Positions 59,301-64,000 of a stretch of 64,000 nucleotides of DNA are shown here, in pieces. The notes under the pieces are model-generated. The model had not been told where the DNA came from. It ran no database searches and worked only from the letters and a program-made list of their open reading frames with translations. The translations under genes and the position numbers were made by a program. The stretch covers positions 28,354-92,353 of the IMG/VR virus record IMGVR_UViG_3300035210_000102. One strand, given 5' to 3'. Origin of the DNA: a virus. Taxonomy: Duplodnaviria > Heunggongvirae > Uroviricota > Caudoviricetes. Within the stretch, counting starts at the first letter, position 1. Each line of letters opens with the position of its first letter.

Positions 59301-61528
59301 AGACTACGAACCCGGCCGAGATCATCACCAAGCGGTTGATGGCCTCGATCGACATGCAAGAGCGCATGAAGCTGCTCGCCGACCTGCGCGATACTTACGG
59401 CTTGGCGGCCAAAGCCAAGGGCGCCCCGCCCGTTCTGGACAAGCTTGGGTGGCGAGAGATCAGCGCGCCTGATCGCGAGAACTGGCTGCTCCATCCCGAC
59501 CTTTTGCCAACATGGGATAACGTGTTGGCCCAGACGGGGTGGTGGGGCTCGCAAGGCTGGGGCGGCAGTATCTTCCGCGGCTGGATGGGCCTGAAAGCGC
59601 TGTGGGTTCCGATCAAGCTTGCCGTCAGCGGCTTCCATCCGCTGCACGTTGTCGGCATCAATTGGGCCGCGCACGTCTCGCGCGGGCTGCACAGTTTCTA
59701 TGGCGCCGCGACAGCCACGAAGACGGTGACACGAAAGGTGGGCGGCGCCACCGTTGTCGAGTCTCGTGTAAGAGATCACGACAAGGCGGGCAAACTGCTG
59801 CAGATGGCCACCACCGATCTGTTACGCAGCCTTGACCCGATGGGCCTGCGTTATGCCGCGAAAGGCGGGGAGAATAGCGGCTGGTATGCAAGGCAGGCCT
59901 GGGAAATCCCCGAAAAGGACCAGACGCCCGAGCAGCGCGCTATCGTCAAGCGCATAGCCGAGATGGGCCTTGTGCCTCAGATGCCCGAAGAAATGCGCGT
60001 CAACTCAAAGCGTGCCTTCTCCAATGCAATGCACGACGTTCGCGAAGAGTGGTCGAAAAATTGGCACTCATGGGACAGCATGAAGGCTCAAGGTGCACTT
60101 GGGTTTGCTGGCGCAAAGCGGGTTGTGGAGCATGGCGGCATCGCCGGCGCAATCGTTGGCGGAAGCATCGGCGGCATCCCTGGCGCGCTGCTCGGCGCCG
60201 CGGCTGACATCGGAATCCGCCGCTTCATCTTTGAGCGCTGGATTCCGGCCATGAAAATCTCGGCCGCCCTTCTCGATGACGCGGCCATGGCCGCACGGCA
60301 TCCGGAAATCTACGCCGACGACATTCAGCGCAAAGTGGCGCGTGAGGCGATCGGCGAGCAGAACGAGAACCGCTTCGGCGAGATGTTCCACAAAAACCTG
60401 TTTTGGGACAAGAAGCTGCGCGAGACGCTTACCGGCGTGTATCTGTCGATGCCCTGGCAGCTCGGCTTCCTTCGCGAGCACCTCGGCGCGCCGATCTCGG
60501 CCGTCGCGCGTGTGTCGGATGCTGCGCGCGGTTTAGTGACCGATCACAAGCCTACAGAGACAAGGGCGACGATCCGCGCGGCGGAAAACAAACTGCTCTA
60601 TGTGCCCGTCTATTTGCTCGGCGGCGCGATGGCGGCGGCGATGATCCAGTATTTTCGCACGGGCAGTCTGCCGGACCCCTACGACCCGCTCAGTCTCGAT
60701 TGGCAAATGCCCAAAGTCGGAGGGAACAACGCTGATGGCTCACCGCGGCGCGTGTCGACGATGTGGTACAACCGCGAATATGTCGCCTGGATCAAACACA
60801 TGCAGGAGATGGGCGGCGGCGTGAGCGGCGCGTGGCAGGGCACTAAGGAGATGAACTGGAACAAACTGATGCTCCAGCCGCTCTGGGAAATGTACACGGG
60901 GCAAGACTATTTCCGCAACGAGATCAGAGATCCGCACGGCACGCTTCCGGAGAAGATCGGACAGACGGCACGCTCGATCCTTACCGAGCAGCTCAGCCCT
61001 ATGTCGTGGACGAACGCACAGCAGGCGTTGAAGTCCAGCAGCTCGCCGGCGTCTGACGTCACCCTATCGCTCCTCGGCTTCGGCCCGGCTCCGGCTTATG
61101 TGTCGCGCACGGCAACACAGAACCGCATCGCCTATCTCTATCGCGAGTACAATCAAGGTGCTCGGCCCTACTCTGAAGTCGAGATCGCGAAATCGAAGAG
61201 AGACGCCCAGTCGGCCTACGATGCCGCCAAGCGCATCGAAGACCCGGCAGCGCGGCGCGCGGCAGAACAAACCGCCGTGGAGAAGATGCACGCGGTTGGC
61301 GCCAAAATCCGATCCAAGGATTTCGACGTGACCATGTTTTCCAAACTGCCTCCGGCCGATCAGCTCGCCATCCTTGAAGAAGCAACGCCGGCCGAGGCGA
61401 ATAAATACGTGTCGCGCGTCAACAAGAAGCTTTACGGAAACCCGGATTTCTGGGCTTTGAGGAAGACTATCACCGGCGCCGCGAAGCAACCGAAGCCGGT
61501 CGGCGACGCAAGCTTAGCTTTGCGTTAA
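47396..61528 (+). CDS. giant 4710-aa multidomain protein: FtsK-gamma-like wHTH, N6-adenine DNA methyltransferase, SNF2/DEAH helicase, HExxH region
   Basis: Single uninterrupted 14.1-kb ORF. Motifs seen: LQRKMGLGYIPASELMARMEKEGVVS (FtsK-gamma-like); VITNPPFG (MTase motif IV) with upstream LEPTAGNG; GDQTGIGKG Walker A; MDEAHNA (DEAH); LGRVHRTGQ (motif VI); HEIVH. It is DarB-like in architecture. Confidence 0.7.
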   Translation: MTDNQGYGAQLNALVSDEEAPPITAQELLGDQTYQAVKLWQQDQEQRSLQQAIQGSADNAARSQQNFAMPEHHTLREPHERPVTVPSPFGMPGSPNIERNTAGPVRAQPAETGTPITPPSAEQTAGGSVEATKGLEERQKKGEQLAAQAASAKQQFDKATKELEYFDRQAAAQMQAEETGAQPTQDLNAMRANIENRVRNAWALYASAEHEQAQHEYAAAHTGKPMPMPWTAALQGLVVGSVKKPQQTLEALRHQRPTPIEESPAAQPIELGWPSLSGISKGFYGLGESAPEMGGGIFGAMLGSEYGPLGTLAGTAGGAAFVNRLKSFGSFYEQRLNETPDNPDAAYVKAMADAQTSSLFTGAGWALFAAKPFQSEIRNALMQSFGVQPSVAVMERMTNNIRDNKPLSEGTQEAYTQGVFGVAPLMLGHVAINRITGHTPTQGTDGRGAARPTVEMAYPGAGLQTMEAGVTTPELKAPAEPQAIAPSANAQAREGDGGPTLPTTPEAQAVSAGNEKLKAGIEGWQKPADATEAAAPVEAPAAPAEVSTGTEWRDIAKAGEPGVKLPEAPATAPASPFDALYNKAVDLVRTDNRPSANYLQRKMGLGYIPASELMARMEKEGVVSSPHPTTGRRLVLPPKVQEPVAQPEQPQTAPAPIAAEAAPVAMPIYSGPASGFSNVDISRVGDRIVVKGTDTSGRPFTQSFNEQDWTGGNTGQAKWERLTSAQLKETPEQIMAKGAAQFQNSAKNYPPVKLAGIYRGLRQHIANVELTVNDPVERARQAGTGMIEHLEEQLASMKGWVGAYEAREAISPTLKRLPSAIPQSELPPAYRNPPRQAWLRPERAPEPYEHNYAFGPDDEPWRRTDAPYYSGIPDTADIRGGPKYRNIAENPNAEPGRPDLERVFGWNTVAENPKAEPGGPSLVRPHRWNTIAENPNAEPGSPEVKGKPGLSERIRDALVGAAKRLKEMATGKTEAHEDPVAEAIATSLHEDGQTPEQIKGKLDELEQHITAGAEEEKPQQQPGDGSGAAETHEAGSGSNAPTTPESSGERPTEDVEQHPSDAGAGEQAGPDGAGAGAGEPKPAAELTDAERNAFDAILASRAKQSEWGSKLGVSADDLKRYIEDAVRRGKLREADRNGIYRRTPKGKEKPAETQVPQTPADIADLMADNVLPAVPVDEAGWKALIPQLVDRYTKAAYSVEQGQSDAAYARTMMGEMYYFHRGATETGATEAANTLTVIGQRLYQAMEAAERREALDGPLDERPPEKPAEQPPAPAPQDETPPADLHERFVAHVKARLIAGERPFKNIIEARQLAKALGLEFPENTSANKQVDELVERAVVEAARVVVEHGRAEGAPSDEIYERMVKLYDNQPNLATRTGKSISEQAYSTPAPLAYVASRLAGIDANTRVLEPTAGNGMLLMEATPKHARVNEIDATRAKALEAQGFQVTKWDATEAQTFAGTTGKYDVVITNPPFGAVKVGGKSKVFKAPGLNTTNIDHAIALNALQSMKSDGRAVLIVGGVKADSPAERAAGYGSAKRKFWNQLLTKYKVADVFTVDGDLYAKQGAGWPVDVIVIHGKGRTEGFKPLTLEAPPLLKSWEEVGERLRGTEKQETPVGPGLHGDSGGKGPETPGGEPATDGPNALGGSSSGGGGAGERQPGGKDAGGVGGPRDIPEPESPGQPPLGEKPGESAGESGDVRGPDNGLHPNGGGPVEERPTEKPPERPADYGSKNTLITKERADAVRERLRQKLRESGSQLNAGIDPEFVQLGTELAVFHIEAGVRKFADFVAAMTQDLGAKVADLKPYLRSWYNGARDMIEDHGLDTEGLEHPDVVRTELDRLIAEEVAPKKNQAPPPREKLAINEGDTQTPYMPVSKVKDRLGTLLPANLHNATNEALDRIQREHGSIDHYVANGLGRDPMELGKWFAQEQVDAIALAMDNLERGGSLILGDQTGIGKGRVVAAMITYARKRGLVPVFVTEKADLYGDMWRDLHDIEWDKQLGRPIEMMMTNSEIKVPLDEAAVAWTLERDEAKAEGMPLPPRFGQFSPSQTLDMSRDNMMALRRGESSPDVVFTTYSQMQSTKGQENDRRAFLLDIAPAAFLIMDEAHNAGGGASANERGTPKGKAPPASELFREAVNRASAVMYSSATYAKSPNVMTLYSRTDMAKAVEKVDQLPGLIARGGVPLQQIVASMLAKAGQYLRRERSFEGVEYKQQTVPVKEEAYQEFTHGVSGIFRFDLGFAKERKEIAKKMAAAEFGGTANDNAIGEPSASSTSFSSLMHNVVNQMVVAMKVEQAGDAAIEALKRGEKPVLTLSRTNLSFIKQFREEQGYEMGHALPIGFADILHRYLERTRRVTLKSAAGEKVHKMIALEDMSPRARARYNEVAQLLREVELGDLPISPIDAIRNKITQAGYSVREITGRSEMLDYSAREETEDSLIGQGFVFEEPGKWRDLPNQPKNQNEWLIATESGSVMAHAATKEAAIAAYNKKYANTDPIVVNRPAGEQGAQGKAVTKQMFNDGSLDAIILNSSGSTGISLHSYSKFKDQRRRHMIIVEPDANIDTHMQTLGRVHRTGQVIPPIYTHLTADIPAEVRPTAVLMRKMASLNANTTGATKSHVSGEAVDFLNKYGDQVVLEALIEDREIADQLGVDPEGDFEGLAAKATGRLTLLSPKDQKTFLDDISQRYTRLIAALDATGANDLEAKYLNLQTRILESQELKPATGDSPFQEAVKLDKVSIKSQGRAMAPSEVVERIEKATKSKAGGDGFALDMAMLQNKGRDVQNKLAQDVDVKIDMQIQAIRKAMKDPEAAQRAVDKILVDKRKWRMLASIVYPGARVDLHLEGETVPAIAIGLEQTKNAKNPIALSTWTALFALPDSRRTLGVPLSKLEEGEVIVDVGGENSKDIHVTHGKTSFANLEGMFEAARKEGRETRYMLSGNILAGFSETQGAGQIVMHSLEDGTVQPGILMARQFKPKDFLENRAVRFASGRHVLDFFKESTAGEVVSSDKIVTIRREPQRWGPPNFEFEMPPARGVGGKYFGDQRVRDIYDNWQRSHGKMRATVDAAMAENLIDAMRDIGASFETRTEQNLANSSRPAEKPVASFGAGGPDIAAAGGRQMIDPHTGIDDVKELLAAGRTAVVHPEMTAAVHDVLTRMKNEIPAEMQAGALVAIDPIGKTRARLRFTSPDGGKFSVVVESRFAASYRALFDRTSNFVLGILHAHGADGSASESISETLAGRVRHEIVHFLRDTGRFSAGEWNRLVDHANKLHPLDWSAKAWLTALRDPLAEHARHDESHRDWYEDYYKHLSPEELQKKLDEEQVAHSAEFLSTLLDMDENDPFRQEYLPHFDDVMDIYGKLFSGELARRLPEDVADHNSEPGELPSPALAGGPAGAYTLSALNDKNSPEFSELRKALAGARRLLSLTETSGKRVGAAKDSYAYQLADTLSLIAEKGADALDAKMGPEFTALKELHRDELELLAPSGSADPLQDGFHAFMRSYIEESDALQKAVPEFFEAFEHHVEHEAPKLLENLQKIQEALGVGGTHHLLTSVLSDPHFSGTFGVDRAELFDRLGRAADAYKTANDGYENVKADVTAANDYLKGLPADQRSYVLFNTDRHVMQAHPVIRANKIANIIHQLANALNLGQLRDTSQGRTAPYIQLPPERAKEVYNLLLQHAGVELHNAMYAAGHPGYSGAGKVNPRVTLADLKEASPAVRAELDRRLKRANIQKPLVVDRFYPLLAKHIEHTWQSAAASDQLFRAQFRPSRWQRIWKAPAGFVQTPNQGFQPPQTPAGGAYGPAGVPKKPSHLAAKIAESFKRTMAPESISEDALKAGPRFKEFNSLTQQGKDAFVKLFDNYHKAWNRISDADQIRWLGNFERGTWDNMNPWEREFADLVKPLMDWAYDTERDYGSKAAYRENYLAHMWELGDRVTEHFNSVATQNRLGPTWFQKARVFDFVDEGLAAGYKLKTTNPAEIITKRLMASIDMQERMKLLADLRDTYGLAAKAKGAPPVLDKLGWREISAPDRENWLLHPDLLPTWDNVLAQTGWWGSQGWGGSIFRGWMGLKALWVPIKLAVSGFHPLHVVGINWAAHVSRGLHSFYGAATATKTVTRKVGGATVVESRVRDHDKAGKLLQMATTDLLRSLDPMGLRYAAKGGENSGWYARQAWEIPEKDQTPEQRAIVKRIAEMGLVPQMPEEMRVNSKRAFSNAMHDVREEWSKNWHSWDSMKAQGALGFAGAKRVVEHGGIAGAIVGGSIGGIPGALLGAAADIGIRRFIFERWIPAMKISAALLDDAAMAARHPEIYADDIQRKVAREAIGEQNENRFGEMFHKNLFWDKKLRETLTGVYLSMPWQLGFLREHLGAPISAVARVSDAARGLVTDHKPTETRATIRAAENKLLYVPVYLLGGAMAAAMIQYFRTGSLPDPYDPLSLDWQMPKVGGNNADGSPRRVSTMWYNREYVAWIKHMQEMGGGVSGAWQGTKEMNWNKLMLQPLWEMYTGQDYFRNEIRDPHGTLPEKIGQTARSILTEQLSPMSWTNAQQALKSSSSPASDVTLSLLGFGPAPAYVSRTATQNRIAYLYREYNQGARPYSEVEIAKSKRDAQSAYDAAKRIEDPAARRAAEQTAVEKMHAVGAKIRSKDFDVTMFSKLPPADQLAILEEATPAEANKYVSRVNKKLYGNPDFWALRKTITGAAKQPKPVGDASLALR
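50050..50240. repeat. three imperfect tandem repeats (63/66 bp) inside giant ORF
   Basis: Encodes N.(I/V)AENP.AEPG.P...W three times. Confidence 0.55.
52939..52947. repeat. A9 homopolymer tract inside giant ORF
   Basis: gcgccaaaaaaaaaccagg in a ~64% GC background. It sits between the MTase and helicase domains. Confidence 0.6.
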
Positions 61529-61600
61529 CCACGCCAGCCGTTAGAGCGCCTACGCAAACAGCGTATAGTGCTATACTAATGGTAACCAATCCCTAAACTT

Positions 61601-62716
61601 TTGGATTCTCCGATGGCTGCGAGCAATTACGAGCGCTGCCTTGCCATTACATTGAAATGGGAAGGCGGCTATTCCAATCATCCCGACGACCCGGGCGGCC
61701 CGACGAACTTCGGCATCATCCAGCGGGAATACGACAAGTGGCGTGTGGCGCATGGGCTTCCTGCGCGTTCTGTCCGTTATATCGAGGTCGGCGAGTATCG
61801 CGACATCTACCGTAAGGAATACTGGGATGTGGTTGGCGGCGACCAGCTGCCGGCCGGGTACGACCTTGCCGTCTTTGATGCCGCGGTAAACAACGGAACC
61901 GGCCGCGCGCGGCAGTGGCAGGCGCAATACCCGAACGATATCGACAAATTCTGCGATGCGCGCCTCGCCTTCGATCAGCGCCTCGGCCGCCTTTGGCGCG
62001 TGTTCGGCGCGGGCTGGGCGCGACGCATCTCTAGCATCCGGCTTGCGGCGCATGCGATGGCCGAACCGAGCACCTACACACCGCCACCGCCCGATGACAC
62101 CGTAAGATGGGCGCAGGGTGTTCTATGCAAAATTGGCCTTCCCTGCATCGTCGATGGATACGACGGGCCAAAGACACAAGGCGCCGTAGTGCTTTTCCAA
62201 TCCACGCATGGGCTTAAGGCGGATGGGCAACTTGATCCGAAAACCATTGCGGCGCTGAAAGCTGCAATCACCCCTCCACCGGCAAAAGCTCCGGCATTCA
62301 ACCCCTTCACCATTTTCTTTGGCACCATCGGAAAGGTCATACACATGGTAACGAGTACCGTGGCAGCCGCCACAACCATTTCGCCCGAGGCGAAGGCTAC
62401 TGCGCAAGGCGCCGTGGTTGGCACGAAGTCGATCGCCGGCACACTCACGAGTTTGTTCGGGAGCGGCATTTTTGCGACCGCGGCAGGCATCTTTGCCACC
62501 TTGGCGCCCACGACCACGCTGGCCATCCTTTCGCTTGTCGCGGCGATCGGTGCCGTCGTCAACGCGATCGGCCACGGCCTACAGGCGATCGGCGTCATTC
62601 GGGCATCGGACGCGGCGACATACGTCATCATCGAAAACCTGCTGAATGAGGTTTCGCAAACGCTCGGCGGCAAGAAGGTTGTGTCCGACTTGGACCCTAC
62701 GCCGGCGACGGCGTAA
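61601..62716 (+). CDS. endolysin: GH108 N-acetylmuramidase + PG_binding_3 domain with hydrophobic C-terminal extension
   Basis: LKWEGGYSNHPDDPGGPTNFGI (GH108 signature with the catalytic Glu), then GYDGPKTQGAVVLFQ..GLKADG (peptidoglycan-binding). The final ~130 aa are Ala/Thr/Gly/Ile-rich and hydrophobic. Confidence 0.7.
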   Translation: MDSPMAASNYERCLAITLKWEGGYSNHPDDPGGPTNFGIIQREYDKWRVAHGLPARSVRYIEVGEYRDIYRKEYWDVVGGDQLPAGYDLAVFDAAVNNGTGRARQWQAQYPNDIDKFCDARLAFDQRLGRLWRVFGAGWARRISSIRLAAHAMAEPSTYTPPPPDDTVRWAQGVLCKIGLPCIVDGYDGPKTQGAVVLFQSTHGLKADGQLDPKTIAALKAAITPPPAKAPAFNPFTIFFGTIGKVIHMVTSTVAAATTISPEAKATAQGAVVGTKSIAGTLTSLFGSGIFATAAGIFATLAPTTTLAILSLVAAIGAVVNAIGHGLQAIGVIRASDAATYVIIENLLNEVSQTLGGKKVVSDLDPTPATA

Positions 62717-63045
62717 TGCAGCGTAGCCTCACCCTCTCCCTTGCTCCAGCGGACAGGGCCGCGCTGGACCGCCTTTCTCAGGCCCTGATTTCGACCTCGC
62801 TCACATTGGAGACCGCTATGTCCGAACTCAAAGACACCGCTGACGCCGTACTCGCCGAATCTAAGAAAGCTGCCGCTTACATCGTTTCACTGGCTGACCA
62901 ACTCCTCGCCGCGATCGCCAGCAATGACCCCGCCGAACGTGACGCTGTCATTGCCGAACTCAAGGAAGCTGTGGCCACCCTAGCCCAGGTCGACACCCCA
63001 ACCGTTGCCGCCGGCGCCGGCTCAAGTGACACCTCCGCATCATAG
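62716..63045 (+). CDS. hypothetical helical protein in lysis cassette
   Basis: 109 aa with coiled-coil-like composition. Start overlaps the endolysin stop. Confidence 0.35.
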   Translation: MQRSLTLSLAPADRAALDRLSQALISTSLTLETAMSELKDTADAVLAESKKAAAYIVSLADQLLAAIASNDPAERDAVIAELKEAVATLAQVDTPTVAAGAGSSDTSAS

Positions 63046-63047
63046 TA

Positions 63048-63425
63048 ATGGCCGGCATACCTGAACCATTACAACAACTACTGGAAGCGCTGCCAGACGC
63101 GGCGCTTTCGGTCGGAGGCGCGCCTATGAGCGACCATACGTGGCTGATCGTGGCCATCCCGATTTTCGTTAATCTTGCCGTTTTCGCTTACTACTTTGGT
63201 GGGCTGGCACAACGAATTCGCATTCTCGAGTCTGACTTTGAAAAGATGGTCAGCACGTACACGCGCGTAGACGATCGCACTCACGGATTGGCGGTGGTCA
63301 TGGGAAAGATCGAAACGAAGATGGACACGCTCTGCAATCGGCTGAGCGGCGACCACTCGGACTGCCCGCTGGCGCCGGCGAGACGCCGGCCACGAATTGA
63401 CGAGACGTCCGCTGTCCTGACATAG
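63048..63425 (+). CDS. single-TM membrane protein (holin or i-spanin-like candidate)
   Basis: TM segment WLIVAIPIFVNLAVFAYYFGGL followed by a helical periplasmic-type domain. Confidence 0.4.
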   Translation: MAGIPEPLQQLLEALPDAALSVGGAPMSDHTWLIVAIPIFVNLAVFAYYFGGLAQRIRILESDFEKMVSTYTRVDDRTHGLAVVMGKIETKMDTLCNRLSGDHSDCPLAPARRRPRIDETSAVLT

Positions 63426-63479
63426 AGGTGCTATAAACGGCACCTAAAGCCCTTTAAGGTGCTATTGATGATACAAAGA

Positions 63480-63504
63480 CCCCGCCAGCTCGGCGGGGTT
63501 TTTT
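63480..63504 (+). terminator. rho-independent terminator
   Basis: ccccgccagctcggcgggg hairpin followed by T6. Confidence 0.7.
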
Positions 63505-63530
63505 GTTGTCCTACTTTCCGGAAAGGTAGG

Positions 63531-63743
63531 TTAATCGTGCCGCTTGCGGTTCTGCTCGGCCATTATATTGGCAAAGAGCTCTTTCGCCATCGCCCAGCCC
63601 GGCGGCTCGCTGAAGCATAGGAGGCATCCCGCGCAATCCTTCAGCGTGACCATGACCGGGTCGAACCCCTGAACCGATTTGCGCAGGCATTTCGCGGTGC
63701 CCTTGTCGTAACGGGCGTCTTCGGAGAAATAGAGACAGTTCAT
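63531..63743 (-). CDS. hypothetical Cys-containing small protein
   Basis: 70-aa minus-strand ORF lying beyond the terminator. Confidence 0.3.
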   Translation of the reverse strand: MNCLYFSEDARYDKGTAKCLRKSVQGFDPVMVTLKDCAGCLLCFSEPPGWAMAKELFANIMAEQNRKRHD

Positions 63744-63784
63744 TGGTCATCCTCGGCTGGCGGGGTCAGCTCCTCGAGCTCGTG

Positions 63785-64000
63785 TCACGCCGCGATCTTG
63801 AGGCGAAACTCAGCGTCAAATTCGCCGTAGTTACACGTGATCTCCTCGCCGGCCCTGATGAGGCGTGTTGTGACGTCAACGCCGAATTCGGGGATGCCCT
63901 CCTTGTACCGGCCGACAGTGTTCGGATTGTCCGAATGGTTCGTGAACCGCGCGTCGTCATTGCACATCACGTAGAGACCGAGGCGTGCATCGAAGTAGCC
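63785..64000 (-). CDS. SET-domain protein (partial, N-terminus beyond window)
   Basis: C-terminal ...RFTNHSDNPN...GEEITCNYG matches the SET NHSxxPN and EELTxxY motifs. The ORF runs off the window edge. Confidence 0.5.
   Translation of the reverse strand, partial: GYFDARLGLYVMCNDDARFTNHSDNPNTVGRYKEGIPEFGVDVTTRLIRAGEEITCNYGEFDAEFRLKIAA

Noticed and set aside
61540-61600. Palindrome gtatagtgctatac with TATACT-like hexamer upstream of the endolysin as a promoter or terminator.
   Set aside because: Short stem without a T-run, and an unconvincing -35. Could be regulatory, but the evidence is insufficient to annotate.
1-64000. Integrase/attachment site, repressor or CRISPR/anti-CRISPR genes.
   Set aside because: No tyrosine or serine recombinase motif blocks were recognised in any frame near either tRNA. 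No repeat-spacer array was found. Prophage boundaries therefore cannot be placed from this window.

Overview
This 64-kb, high-GC (~63-65%) window is almost entirely one bacteriophage or prophage genome, probably from an alphaproteobacterial (Rhizobiales-like) host. Nearly all supported genes are on the + strand. The gene order is: tandem HNH endonucleases, a vWA-domain protein and small early-type ORFs (1-5280); a tRNA-like gene; terminase small subunit (6754-7389); an ~10.7-kb cargo island (7382-18097); terminase large subunit (18098-19666); portal (20110-22827); a second ~8.5-kb accessory block (22839-31288); scaffold-like and major-capsid-like genes with strong terminators (31922-34771); an SPFH/band-7 moron on the opposite strand; a beta-helix tailspike with a C-terminal S74 intramolecular-chaperone domain (37447-40047); a 976-aa tail or nozzle-like protein; internal-virion-type proteins, including a 1166-aa protein with a peptidase-M15 domain; one giant 4710-aa ORF (47396-61528) carrying an N6-adenine methyltransferase, an SNF2-type helicase and an HExxH motif; a GH108 endolysin with an unusual hydrophobic C-terminal extension and membrane proteins; a terminator; and a partial SET-domain gene at the right edge. 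The first cargo island encodes a near-complete nonulosonic-acid (pseudaminic/legionaminic-type) sugar pathway: a PseB/CapD-like dehydratase, two DegT aminotransferases, a GNAT, a PIG-L deacetylase, a NeuB/PseI synthase, a cytidylyltransferase, a methyltransferase and WbqC. It also holds a DUF115/Maf-like candidate nonulosonic-acid transferase and an initiator-like tRNA-Met. The second block holds a GT-A-like glycosyltransferase, a SAM methyltransferase, a 792-aa protein built of ~20-aa A/S/T/G tandem repeats, an LRR-containing protein, and members of a Ser/Thr/Gly/Ala-rich paralog family. No sheath, tube or tape-measure gene is visible, so the virion looks podovirus-like. The most interesting hypothesis is a phage-encoded protein O-glycosylation system. 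In it, the nonulosonic-acid pathway and Maf-like transferase modify the Ser/Thr-rich virion proteins, and the tailspike may recognise a related glycan. The alternative is lysogenic conversion of host surface glycans. No integrase, CRISPR array or rRNA was seen. All functional calls are from motif-level reading of the translations, not database searches.
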